DNA of 59,425 nucleotides from Patescibacteria group bacterium UBA1406 (GTDB taxonomy: Bacteria > Patescibacteriota > Microgenomatia > UBA1406): NCBI GenBank assembly GCA_002305675.1, contig DBQA01000006.1, forward strand, positions 189,581-249,005, read 5' to 3'. The notes below the pieces were generated by a model, which saw only the letters and a list, made by a program, of their open reading frames with translations, ran no database searches and was not told where the DNA came from. Positions 26,543-35,022 of this stretch are shown in pieces. Each line of letters begins with the position of its first letter. Position 1 is the stretch's first letter. The position numbers and the translations under genes are program-made.

Positions 26543-26616
26543 AATCCAAGTAATTACGGATGTTCCATATTTTACCAATATACAGGCCGTTTTTAAAGCC
26601 GTATCGTTTTTTGGAA

Positions 26617-27330
26617 TTATCGGTTCTGAAATCCGTCGAACAGTTCCCCGCTCTTGCCATGGACTATATCATGCAGTTTCTGCCAATCGAGTAGATAAAA
26701 GAGATCGAGAGATTCGGTATCTTCCGCATCTTCTGGAAAATACGATACCATCTTTTCCTGCCTGACAAATCCGCATTTCTCAAGTACTCTGATCGAAGCC
26801 TCGTTATCTGGCTCCACGAAAGCCGTGACCAGCCTTTTGGGCTGTACTTCACCGATAGGAGCATTCTGGGCATCCCTTTGTGATATGAGCAGGCAGACCT
26901 GTCTGACAGCACTGGCTATCTGTCCGGCGGGCGCGTCTGGATGCTTGGCAAAGGCGACCTCCAAAACGGGGAGCTCATCTCCGAGTTTTCTGCCCAAACC
27001 GCGCTCCGCGCGTTCCCTTTCGCCGCTTGTCCCGTCCACCACAACCCAACCCTGGATCTCCCCTTTGTCATCACCCTCCACTTTCTGTGAGCCGGAAACA
27101 GCGTATATCTCTTTATACTTGCCCCCCTTCACCCAACTTTTCAACTCACCCCGCTTAAAGCTATCCTCGCCGCCCACAATATATTCCTTTACATCCCTAG
27201 AGCGCCAAACTTCCAGCATCTTCGTTATGTCCATCTTGTCGGCCGAATTCACCCTTCGGATAGCGGCAGCCTCTCCAACTGCACGGGTTTGCTTTATCAG
27301 GTTCTCTGGTGAAAATGCGCCCTCAGGCAT
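26617..27330 (-). CDS. GNAT-family N-acetyltransferase (RimJ/RimL-like)
   Basis: 237 aa. C-terminal core ..VTAFVEPDNEASIRVLEKCGFVRQEK.. typical of the GNAT beta4-alpha3 and alpha4 region. Confidence 0.8.
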   Translation of the reverse strand: MPEGAFSPENLIKQTRAVGEAAAIRRVNSADKMDITKMLEVWRSRDVKEYIVGGEDSFKRGELKSWVKGGKYKEIYAVSGSQKVEGDDKGEIQGWVVVDGTSGERERAERGLGRKLGDELPVLEVAFAKHPDAPAGQIASAVRQVCLLISQRDAQNAPIGEVQPKRLVTAFVEPDNEASIRVLEKCGFVRQEKMVSYFPEDAEDTESLDLFYLLDWQKLHDIVHGKSGELFDGFQNR

Positions 27331-27360
27331 AAATCACAGTATACACACAAATCCGGCCAA

Positions 27361-27381
27361 ATACCAACCGCCGCGGTTGGT
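27361..27381. repeat. Copy A of the palindromic element (ATACCAACCGCCGCGGTTGGT)
   Basis: 21 nt identical to 27524-27544. The core CCAACCGC-C-GCGGTTGG is at 27364-27380. It overlaps a putative -35 (TTGGTA, minus strand, 27367-27362) of the GNAT gene. Confidence 0.85.
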
Positions 27382-27523
27382 TTAAATACTGAGTGGCACG
27401 TTGGGAAAGGCAAATATCAAAAGAGTGATTAATATAAACCGTGTCTTCGAATCGACTTCATTCCTACTGTCAATATCCGAGCTCTGGTCTTTCGTTCGGA
27501 TTAACAAACTGGCTATTAGACCC

Positions 27524-27544
27524 ATACCAACCGCCGCGGTTGGT
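27524..27544. repeat. Copy B of the palindromic element (ATACCAACCGCCGCGGTTGGT)
   Basis: Identical 21-mer. It ends 5 nt upstream of the putative -35 of the 27618 gene promoter. Confidence 0.85.
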
Positions 27545-27548
27545 AGGG

Positions 27549-27577
27549 TTTAAAACCTATAGTATTTGTGGTATAAT
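27549..27577 (+). promoter_or_regulatory. Putative sigma70-type promoter of the 27618 gene
   Basis: TTTAAA (27549-54), 17-nt spacer, then extended -10 TGgTATAAT (TG 27569-70, TATAAT 27572-77). An AGGAGG SD lies 7 nt before ATG 27618. Confidence 0.45.
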
Positions 27578-27617
27578 ATGATGTCTTCGGAAAATAACCT
27601 ATCAAGGAGGTGCACAA

Positions 27618-28088
27618 ATGGCACGAATCATAACCGAAGAGATGGTCAAGGAAGCGATCCGCTTGGCAGAACCCTCTGCGCTGGCTGTAATTGCTACACC
27701 ATGCTGCAATTGGGGTCCCCAGTGGGTCCACGGGTATGTGCGGGTTCCCGACTTTCCCGACATCCCGTTCACGTTCGGCGAGGTCACGCCATGGAATAAG
27801 GCTTGGGGTCAGGAAATGGACTTTCGGCCGGTCGCCATGAGAAAAGTCGAGGCATCAGACAGGCTGGGAGTGAACACCAGCGTCATAGTCGCCCTCTATC
27901 CGGACGAGCTAGAAGAAGGCGAGTATCTATACGCTGGCGGCGCTCACAGGAACGGCAAGAGCGCATCGGCTTCAGGCGCCAAAGGGCGGGCTGATGAAGC
28001 AATTGCGGAGGTCATCCTCGTTATGCTGAACATGTTGATTCAGCTCGAGGTAGATCGAAGGATTGCGGCTCGTCAGATGCAGATTTGA
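27618..28088 (+). CDS. Hypothetical protein, possibly GlcG/DUF336 (haem-degrading-like) fold
   Basis: 156 aa with a strong SD. C-terminal GGAHRNGKSASASGAKGRADEAIAEV resembles the GG.P...G..IGA.GVSG....D...A signature of GlcG/HbpS proteins. The resemblance is loose. Confidence 0.6.
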   Translation: MARIITEEMVKEAIRLAEPSALAVIATPCCNWGPQWVHGYVRVPDFPDIPFTFGEVTPWNKAWGQEMDFRPVAMRKVEASDRLGVNTSVIVALYPDELEEGEYLYAGGAHRNGKSASASGAKGRADEAIAEVILVMLNMLIQLEVDRRIAARQMQI

Positions 28089-28143
28089 CCTTGTCGAAAA
28101 ACCGCTCCCTGGGGCAGATCACTCTGTCCCGGGGAGCAATTCC

Positions 28144-28710
28144 TTACAACCTGATGATCTTGATGATCGTCTTCTTTTCCTCTTCCCTGAAAATGTTCAT
28201 AAAGTAGTTGACCTTGCCGGCCCAGGTTTTGGAAGGCGGCGCATAAACAGGTCCTATAAGCTCCGGCGAGGTCAGACCGCGGTTAATATAGTTCTCCCTC
28301 AGGCCTTTGGCCACCGCCAAAAAACCCTCTCTCCAGGAATTGAAATAAATATATCCCCCGCCCCAGCCGAACGGGTTATGGCTTCCCGGAAGGAGAGCGC
28401 GTCCAAATCCCGACTCCACCCCGGAGATCGCGGGCAAAAGATAACAATCAAGGTCATACTCCAGGCAGGCAAACAAGAACGAGTCTATTTCCTCCACGAA
28501 CGGGGAGCCGTACCTGACGAAAACCTTTTCCATAGCCAGCCTTTTCTTCAGGTATTCCTCGGTGTTGAGGATCTCTCGATATCTGTCCGTCTTCGGAGTT
28601 GGCTGCTCGATGACGTTGGGGGTAAAGACGCTCCACAGCACAATGCCCGAAACGAAAAACACAATGCTCAAGAGTTTGAAGAGATGTCTGACCTTCCCAA
28701 AAGGGCTCAT
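28144..28710 (-). CDS. Membrane-anchored cell-wall hydrolase (lysozyme-like/glucosaminidase-type)
   Basis: 188 aa from ATG 28710 (tracker start 28734 is TTG). Signal anchor, then AISGVESGFG and NPFGWGGG motifs of the lysozyme-like superfamily. Confidence 0.65.
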   Translation of the reverse strand: MSPFGKVRHLFKLLSIVFFVSGIVLWSVFTPNVIEQPTPKTDRYREILNTEEYLKKRLAMEKVFVRYGSPFVEEIDSFLFACLEYDLDCYLLPAISGVESGFGRALLPGSHNPFGWGGGYIYFNSWREGFLAVAKGLRENYINRGLTSPELIGPVYAPPSKTWAGKVNYFMNIFREEEKKTIIKIIRL

Positions 28711-28779
28711 ACAAACATTATACGAACTGGGCAAGAAAAAACACTCCCGTATGCGGATTTTTTGCTAGAATACAAGCGT

Positions 28780-29160
28780 ATGTCGCCTCGAAAGTACCAG
28801 CGCAAAAACCTCAGAAAAGCGAGAAAAATGCTCCGGGAACAACCCCGGGAATTCATCATTGGCTTTATCATCGTCGCCGTCTCCTTCCTGGCAATTGCTT
28901 CCGGCGCCGTCTATCTGTTTTTCTATGTCCAGGCCAAGTCGACGGCCAAAACGCCCGGATTCTCGGGAAACGCCAACGTCACCCCGGTCAAAAAGCGAGG
29001 GGAAAAAGCCAAGTATGCCATTCTCAAGGATGGTCAGTCGCTCTGGGACCTGGCTGAGCAGGAATACGGCAGCGGCTTTTTCTTTCCGACCATTCTGGAA
29101 TTGAACAACTTCCCGGATCCGGACCGCATCGAGCCTGGGACCAAAGTGAGGGTCAGATAG
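28780..29160 (+). CDS. Membrane-anchored LysM-domain protein
   Basis: 126 aa from internal ATG 28780 of tracker ORF 28063-29160. Basic N-terminus, TM (FIIGFIIVAVSFLAIASGAVYLFF) and C-terminal LysM (YAILKDGQSLWDLAEQEYGSG..ILELNNFPDPDRIEPGTKVRV). The upstream part of the tracker ORF is antisense to 28144-28710. Confidence 0.8.
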   Translation: MSPRKYQRKNLRKARKMLREQPREFIIGFIIVAVSFLAIASGAVYLFFYVQAKSTAKTPGFSGNANVTPVKKRGEKAKYAILKDGQSLWDLAEQEYGSGFFFPTILELNNFPDPDRIEPGTKVRVR

Positions 29161-29163
29161 AGG

Positions 29164-30660
29164 TCAGTATCCGTATTCTTGGAAAACCTGGGAGAAACCA
29201 TCATCCATAACCTCGATGGATTTGGCTACACTGTTACTGAGAAGCATGCTGTTGATGGAATCCTTCATATACCCGACCAGCCTGTCGTTCAGACCGTTGT
29301 CATAGGTGAGGGAAACTATCGGCAAGGAACTTAGGATAGGGGCATCCCTGACAATAGGCCCGAGATTCGGGTCCTGCAAAAGAAGCTCTGCCATATCCTT
29401 TCTGGCATAGGGGCTGCCGAAAAGCCGGCCGTTTTTGATCTCCAATTCGAATATCTTGGTCTGGGTGTCTTTCTGGGACAGGTATTTCAGGAATTTCCAA
29501 GCCTCCTCCTGCTGCTTACTTGCCCGGGAAACGCCATCCGCCCAATAGTTGGCGATGTTGCTCCTGTCCGCACCCCTTATCTGAGGAACAGAGGCCGTCT
29601 TTAAATCGATGTCCGGATTCATCCGCTTAATCACTTCTATCTGCCAGGTGGGAGCCAGTATCATTCCTACCTGTTCGTTGGCAAAGGCGTTGATGGAATT
29701 GTCGAAATGATCGGCCCAATAGTTGTTACCGGACAGGACGAAACCCGTATACGTGTCCATGACGGTCCGGGCGTTGAAATCATTCTTCAGGTTCTTGATG
29801 TCGACGCCGTTCTGCAGGAACATCATTGCCACGATATCGGAAAAATGGCTGATGTTCTCCGCGGCTCCCAATGCGACACCTGCCGTCACCAGGTTCCCCT
29901 GCTCATCCCTGACAGTTATCTTGTCCGCCACCTCCAATAGAGCTTCCCAATCATCTGGTGGCGACCCAACTCCGGCCGCTTTCAGTATCTTGTCGTTATA
30001 TATCAACGTCAGTCCGTCTATCCACATCGGGACACCGATGATCTGATTGTTGAGAATAAGGTCCCGGGCGGCCACGGGATAGAAAGTCTCCTGGAATTCC
30101 GTGGGCGTAAAGACAGTCTGGGGGGCGGGAGCGAGGATCTCCTTAATCATCGCCGGCCAGGTATTATGGTAGCGGAAGATATCCGGTCCGGTACCTTTCC
30201 GGGTCCTTTCCAAAAGTCTTTCCCGATAACTGTCCTTGGCATCCATAAGGGTATATTCGATCTCCACATACGGGTTCTGTCTCTGGTAATCACGGATAAC
30301 CTCGTCCATCACGGCCGCCGGTTCCCAAACTCCCCAGTAGGTCAGGGTCACCTTCTCCTGTCTGGCGGGAGCGGCGCCCAGGAACCTGCCGATACCTATC
30401 AATATAATCACAAACAGGATCAGCCCTCCCAGACCGAAGGCGATAAGGGGCTTCTTTTTCTTGGCGAGGTCAGCGATATTGCTGCCTCCTTCCGGGGCAG
30501 TAGGGTAAAGGTCCTCGTCTGTCAGATACTCCTCCGGAATCTCGGCCGCAGCCGGAGGCGGAGGGGTTTTGTCCTTGTCGAACACCACGTTCTCCCCTGT
30601 CTGGGACGGTTGGGAAGTTTCCGGCTTATCGTTTTGATTCTGATCACTGCCCTTATCCAT
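29164..30660 (-). CDS. Extracellular solute-binding protein (SBP family 1, sugar-type), TM-anchored, with no adjacent ABC permease or ATPase
   Basis: 498 aa. Disordered acidic/Pro-rich N-terminus, one TM, then VTLTYWGVWEP...DYQRQNPYVEIEY and the rest of a type-1 SBP fold pattern. Confidence 0.85.
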   Translation of the reverse strand: MDKGSDQNQNDKPETSQPSQTGENVVFDKDKTPPPPAAAEIPEEYLTDEDLYPTAPEGGSNIADLAKKKKPLIAFGLGGLILFVIILIGIGRFLGAAPARQEKVTLTYWGVWEPAAVMDEVIRDYQRQNPYVEIEYTLMDAKDSYRERLLERTRKGTGPDIFRYHNTWPAMIKEILAPAPQTVFTPTEFQETFYPVAARDLILNNQIIGVPMWIDGLTLIYNDKILKAAGVGSPPDDWEALLEVADKITVRDEQGNLVTAGVALGAAENISHFSDIVAMMFLQNGVDIKNLKNDFNARTVMDTYTGFVLSGNNYWADHFDNSINAFANEQVGMILAPTWQIEVIKRMNPDIDLKTASVPQIRGADRSNIANYWADGVSRASKQQEEAWKFLKYLSQKDTQTKIFELEIKNGRLFGSPYARKDMAELLLQDPNLGPIVRDAPILSSLPIVSLTYDNGLNDRLVGYMKDSINSMLLSNSVAKSIEVMDDGFSQVFQEYGY

Positions 30661-30666
30661 ACTTTT

Positions 30667-30676
30667 ATTATAAAAT
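30667..30676. promoter_or_regulatory. Back-to-back -10 boxes in the 23-bp divergent spacer (candidate leaderless promoters)
   Basis: Minus strand: TATAAT (30672-30667), 6 nt before ATG 30660. Plus strand: TAAAAT (30671-30676), 7 nt before ATG 30684. There is no room for an SD on either side. Confidence 0.4.
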
Positions 30677-30683
30677 AAAACGT

Positions 30684-32075
30684 ATGCAAAAACAGCGTCT
30701 GCTTCTGGCCGCCGCCGCCGCCATCATCAGCGCGGGCGTTCTACTGAATGTATTCGTCACCGTGGACAAAAACCGCCGTTCTGACCGAATCCTCCCCAAT
30801 ATCCATATCGACCGCATCCATGTCGGGGAAATGGACCAGACACAGGCCGTCAGCATGTTGACTGGCCTTTATAAGGACAAGACCGAGTTTGCCGTCCGGT
30901 TCCTGTTCGAGGATGAACCTATCAGTACTCTCTCCGCACAGGACATCAATTACCGCCTACCCATCAAAAGCGTAGTCGAGCAAGCCTATCTGGTCGGCCG
31001 CGGCCAGAATTTATTCGCCTCCGCCTACCAGGCTACCGCCCTCACCTTCAAATGGGAGGAATACAATTTCGAGCTGACGCCGGAGTTTGACCAGGCATTT
31101 ATTGTCAAATTCCTGAATGAATTGAACGAGTCCTACCGGGTGGAACCCCAGGAGGCCCGCTTTGAATTTAGTGACAACAAAGTCAACGCCTTTCAGCTTG
31201 ACCGGAAGGGATACGAACTGGATACGGCCAAAGCCGTCTCCGACCTGACCGACGAACTGGTATCCCTCAAAAAGAAGCCCCAGAAAACCATTACCGTAAA
31301 ACTGGCCAAAAAGATCATCGAACCTAAAACCAAGCTCAAGGAGATAAACGACCTTGGCATAACCGAATTGGTGGCCGAAGGAACGTCACTCTTCTGGGGG
31401 TCCGCCCCGGAACGCGTCCATAACGTGGTGACCGGAGCCAACAAGCTGAATGGTATTATCATCAAGCCGGGCGAGACGTTCTCCTTCGTCAAGGAGATCG
31501 GGGATATCTCCTCAGCTACCGGCTTCATGCCCGCCTTTGTCATCAGCAACGGCCGAACAGTCCTTGGGGATGGGGGAGGAATCTGCCAGGTTTCGACCAC
31601 CCTATTCCGGGCGGCCCTGAATTCGGGATTGGAAATAACCGAAAGACATCCCCATGCTTACCGGGTCGGCTACTACGAGCAGGATTCACGACCAGGTATG
31701 GATGCCACCATCTATGCCCCCTCTATTGACCTGAAGTTCCGCAACGATTACCAGAGCGCCCTCCTGATCCAGACGAATGTCGACCTTGATAATATGAGGC
31801 TGACATTCTCCATCTATGGTACGAAGGACGGCCGCAACGTGGAGATCTCCCCCATCGCAGTCTGGAATGAGTCGCCGCCGCCGCCGGCACAATACATCGA
31901 CGATTTCTCTATTCCCACGGGACAGACCAAGCAGGTGGATTTTGCCGCCTGGGGCGCCTCCTCTAAGTTCACCTACAAAGTGACCAAGGATGGCCGGGTC
32001 CTCCACGAAGAAGACTTCGTTTCCCATTTCAGACCCTGGAAAGCAATTTATTTGGTGGGCAAAAAGACAGATTGA
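30684..32075 (+). CDS. VanW-family protein with N-terminal peptidoglycan-binding-like domain
   Basis: 463 aa. N-terminal TM and a VanW core with GGGICQVSTTLFRAALNSGLEITERHPHAY. Confidence 0.9.
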   Translation: MQKQRLLLAAAAAIISAGVLLNVFVTVDKNRRSDRILPNIHIDRIHVGEMDQTQAVSMLTGLYKDKTEFAVRFLFEDEPISTLSAQDINYRLPIKSVVEQAYLVGRGQNLFASAYQATALTFKWEEYNFELTPEFDQAFIVKFLNELNESYRVEPQEARFEFSDNKVNAFQLDRKGYELDTAKAVSDLTDELVSLKKKPQKTITVKLAKKIIEPKTKLKEINDLGITELVAEGTSLFWGSAPERVHNVVTGANKLNGIIIKPGETFSFVKEIGDISSATGFMPAFVISNGRTVLGDGGGICQVSTTLFRAALNSGLEITERHPHAYRVGYYEQDSRPGMDATIYAPSIDLKFRNDYQSALLIQTNVDLDNMRLTFSIYGTKDGRNVEISPIAVWNESPPPPAQYIDDFSIPTGQTKQVDFAAWGASSKFTYKVTKDGRVLHEEDFVSHFRPWKAIYLVGKKTD

Positions 32076-32108
32076 AAACTGAGAATCGAAAACTGAAAAT
32101 TTTTCCGG

Positions 32109-32552
32109 TTATCTCTTCGGGGACTGCCTTTGTTTTCTGGCCTTGACAAGCCCGGCCTTTCTTCTTTCCTTGACCCTGGCATCCACTGACATAAGGCCCT
32201 TGGGTTTCAGGATGCTCCGGTTATCCTTGTCCACCTTCTCAAGGGCTCTCGCCACGGCCAGTCGGAAGGCTATCAGCTGGCCCTGCTTGCCCCCACCTGC
32301 CGCCCTGGCGATTACAGCAAATCTATCCTCGGAGTTCGTAAGTCGGAAAGGCTCCAGGTATTGTTCTTTGGCAGTGTCGGTAGGGAAGTATTTTTCCACC
32401 TCGATATCGTTGAAGAGGATTGACCCTTTTTTCACACTCTTATTGTTTATTTTGAGCTCGGCCCCTGGCGTCAGATAAAGCCTCACCCTGCAGACGGACT
32501 CTTTCCTTCTGCCAGTAGCTTCATAATACAGGGTTTTATTTTGCTTGGCCAT
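32109..32552 (-). CDS. rpsI: 30S ribosomal protein S9
   Basis: 147 aa. ATGRRKESVCRV..GGGKQGQ..A.RLAVARAL... ends ..RKQRQSPKR. Confidence 0.97.
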   Translation of the reverse strand: MAKQNKTLYYEATGRRKESVCRVRLYLTPGAELKINNKSVKKGSILFNDIEVEKYFPTDTAKEQYLEPFRLTNSEDRFAVIARAAGGGKQGQLIAFRLAVARALEKVDKDNRSILKPKGLMSVDARVKERRKAGLVKARKQRQSPKR

Positions 32553-32997
32553 GTTTCTTTTCGGTAATTGCTAACACTTCTTTGGGCAGCGAATAATTTT
32601 CATCCTCAAATATGAACAGCCGGGAGAGCCTCTGGCTTTTCAGTTTGTTGTCGGGCAGCATTCCCTTCACGGCCCGGATAATCGGCTCCTTGGGTCGTCT
32701 GGTCCGGAGGCTATCCAGGGTTTCCGTCTTCAAACCGCCCTGGTATCCGGAATAACGGCTGTAGGTCTTAAGCTCATTCTTTCTGCCGGTCACTTTGAAC
32801 TTCAAAGCATTGATGACCACAACATAGTCTCCCATATCGAGGTTGGGAACGTAGTTGGTCTTGGTTTTGCCCTGCAGATGGCGTGCTATCTCGGTCGCAA
32901 GCCTTCCCAGAACCTTTTTCTTGGCATCTATGACCACTACCTGCCTTTCGATATCCTTAAAGCTCGGAGTTTTGGTATAGTTACTTCTTTTTAGCAT
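32536..32997 (-). CDS. rplM: 50S ribosomal protein L13
   Basis: 153 aa. VVIDAKKKVLGRLATEIARHLQGK..GDYVVVINA..YSGYQGGLK. Confidence 0.97.
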   Translation of the reverse strand: MLKRSNYTKTPSFKDIERQVVVIDAKKKVLGRLATEIARHLQGKTKTNYVPNLDMGDYVVVINALKFKVTGRKNELKTYSRYSGYQGGLKTETLDSLRTRRPKEPIIRAVKGMLPDNKLKSQRLSRLFIFEDENYSLPKEVLAITEKKHGQAK

Positions 32998-33451
32998 CTT
33001 TTTCTACCTTAACTTTTGTCTTCTCAACTTTTTTAGGCGCTTCCTTTTTTGAGGCCTCTTTCTTAGGTTCTTCCTTCTTGGGCTTCACCTCTTTCTTCTC
33101 GAAGTCCAAAAGCTCGACCCTGGCGAGCGGGGCGGCATCCCCCCGCCGGAAACCCATCTTTCTCAGGGCAACAAAGCCGCTTTGCCTTTTTTCCCTGACT
33201 TGCTGGCCGAAGGAGTAAACGACTTTGGCAAGCTGGAAACTTCCCAATTTCTCCTCCAACAGCCTCAGTGTGGCCAGGCCCTCGGCTTGCGACCTGGAGA
33301 TCAAGTTGTCCATCAGACGGCTGAGATTTTTGGCCTTGGGTAATGTGGTCACCACGTGCCCCCGGTCAAAAAGATCCCTTACCTGATTCAGGTACATGCT
33401 CTTGGTCTTGAAAGTGCTGCCTAGCCTGGCAGACGAAATCCTTTTTTTCAT
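32981..33451 (-). CDS. rplQ: 50S ribosomal protein L17 (Lys-rich C-terminal extension)
   Basis: 156 aa. Core L17 pattern (..LFDRGHVVTTLPKAKNL..LISRS..GFRRGDAAPLARVEL), then a KKE-repeat tail. Confidence 0.93.
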   Translation of the reverse strand: MKKRISSARLGSTFKTKSMYLNQVRDLFDRGHVVTTLPKAKNLSRLMDNLISRSQAEGLATLRLLEEKLGSFQLAKVVYSFGQQVREKRQSGFVALRKMGFRRGDAAPLARVELLDFEKKEVKPKKEEPKKEASKKEAPKKVEKTKVKVEKDAKKK

Positions 33452-34368
33452 AAACCGAGTAATTTTTCCTTTAACTCCTCCACTGATTTTTTACCGAGAC
33501 CCCTGACCTGCGCCAGATCCTCGTCTGTCATGGCCTTCAGTTGGCCCACCGTTTCAACGCCATGCTTGATGAGGGCATTGATGACCCTGGTCGGAAGGTC
33601 GAGCTCGTCGACCATCATGTCTTCCTTCTCGGCTTCCTCTTCGGTGTCTACCTTGACAGAAGTCACCGCCGGTTTCTCTTCCGTCTGAGGCTTCTCCACC
33701 CCACCTTCGGTGATCAGGCCGAGCTGGTCCATCAGGATACGGCTCGCCCTCTTCAGCGCTTCTGCCGGTTGAATGCTACCGTCGGTCGTGATGGTCAGCA
33801 GTAATTTATCATAGTCTGTCCTCCTGCCAACCCTGGTCCCCTCTACCTTGATGACCACATTAAGAACGGGAGTAAAGACAGAATCGACCGGCAGCATACC
33901 GAACTCCCGCTCGATCTTATCCTCGGAGGGTTCATAACCCATACCTTCATTGACATATATCTCAGCGTCAATACTGCCTCCCGAAGCCAGTTCGCCCAGA
34001 TAGAGGTCCTTGTTCACGACCTTGCAGAGAGGATTGTCCTCTATGTCCGCAGCAGTGATGGCACCCGGGCCTTTCTTTTTCAGAACAAGCCTCTGTTCGT
34101 CATCCGCATTGAACTTGAAGCGCAGGAGCTTAAGGTTGAGAATGATCTCCAGCGCGTCCTCCTTCAGTCCCTTGACAGTAGTGAAGGGGTGATTGACCCC
34201 CTTGATCTTGACATAGGTCACGGCCGCGCCCTCCATAGAGGACATAAGCACCCTTCTCAAGACATTCCCCAGAGTATGGCCGAAGCCCCTAAATAATGGA
34301 TAAATGGCAAAGACTCCTTCTTTGCTGTTCTCCTGAATGGTCTCAAGGTAAAAATTAGGTTTTTGCAT
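33448..34368 (-). CDS. rpoA: DNA-directed RNA polymerase subunit alpha
   Basis: 306 aa. PLFRGFGHTLGNVLRRVLMSS, C-terminal domain ELDLPTRVINALIKHGVETVGQL..L..VRGLGKKSVEEL. Confidence 0.97.
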   Translation of the reverse strand: MQKPNFYLETIQENSKEGVFAIYPLFRGFGHTLGNVLRRVLMSSMEGAAVTYVKIKGVNHPFTTVKGLKEDALEIILNLKLLRFKFNADDEQRLVLKKKGPGAITAADIEDNPLCKVVNKDLYLGELASGGSIDAEIYVNEGMGYEPSEDKIEREFGMLPVDSVFTPVLNVVIKVEGTRVGRRTDYDKLLLTITTDGSIQPAEALKRASRILMDQLGLITEGGVEKPQTEEKPAVTSVKVDTEEEAEKEDMMVDELDLPTRVINALIKHGVETVGQLKAMTDEDLAQVRGLGKKSVEELKEKLLGL

Positions 34369-34386
34369 CTGAACTTTATAATGAAT

Positions 34387-35019
34387 TTATAACTTGGAAT
34401 AGAACTCGATCACCAAAGCCATATTGACAGGCTCCGCATATTCGTCCAGTTCCACGAGCCTGACAACTTCCCCCTGCCCGTTCTTGCGCTTTAACCATTT
34501 AGGCAGTTCCACGTTCTTTTCGTCCAAAAGCTCTTTGATATACGGGATCTCTTTTGTCTTTTCCTTGCCGAATTCGATCATGTCACCGGCCTTGATCTGG
34601 TACGAGGGCACGCTTACTTTCCGGCCGTTCACCTTGATGTGGCCGTGGGCGACGAGTTGCCTGGCCGCTGTCCGGGTCGGAGCAAAGCGAAGCCGGTAAA
34701 CTATGTTGTCAAGCCTGGATTCAAGCATTTTGATGAGGAAATCGGCAGTGTTACCCCTGGTCCTGACCGATTTCTGGAAATAGTTCTGCATTTTGTTCTC
34801 GCTCAGACCATAGATCTTTTTCACCTTCTGCTTTTCCCTGAGCTGCCGTCCGTAATCGGAGACCTTGCTACCCCTTCTTCTGCCCGAGGTCTTGAAACCG
34901 GGCGCGATATTCAGTCTTTTCAAAAGATTCGAGTGGGCTTTGGTTCCGAACGTCTTCAAAGACAGGTCAACGCTTTCCCGCCTGGCCAGTTTGTTTTTCG
35001 GTCTTGCAATTCTTCCCAT
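34387..35019 (-). CDS. rpsD: 30S ribosomal protein S4
   Basis: 210 aa. YG.QLREKQKVKKIYG, S4 domain RLDNIVYRLRFAPTRTAARQLVAHGHIKVNG. Confidence 0.97.
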   Translation of the reverse strand: MGRIARPKNKLARRESVDLSLKTFGTKAHSNLLKRLNIAPGFKTSGRRRGSKVSDYGRQLREKQKVKKIYGLSENKMQNYFQKSVRTRGNTADFLIKMLESRLDNIVYRLRFAPTRTAARQLVAHGHIKVNGRKVSVPSYQIKAGDMIEFGKEKTKEIPYIKELLDEKNVELPKWLKRKNGQGEVVRLVELDEYAEPVNMALVIEFYSKL

Positions 35020-35022
35020 TTT

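Noticed and set aside
26294-26578. 94-aa minus-strand ORF, and the 78-aa ORF at 23320-23556
   Set aside because: The first runs through tRNA-Asp and the 3' end of a convergent gene. The second is antisense to htpX and starts at TTG.
28063-28779. 5' two-thirds of tracker ORF 28063-29160
   Set aside because: It starts at TTG, is antisense to the lysozyme-like gene (28144-28710) and has no motifs. Only the 3' part from ATG 28780 (TM plus LysM) looks real.
34375-34380. TATAAA 6 nt upstream of the rpoA ATG, as an internal leaderless promoter
   Set aside because: It sits in a 18-nt AT-rich junction inside the ribosomal operon, where such a hexamer is likely by chance. It is kept only as a caution for the leaderless-gene finding.
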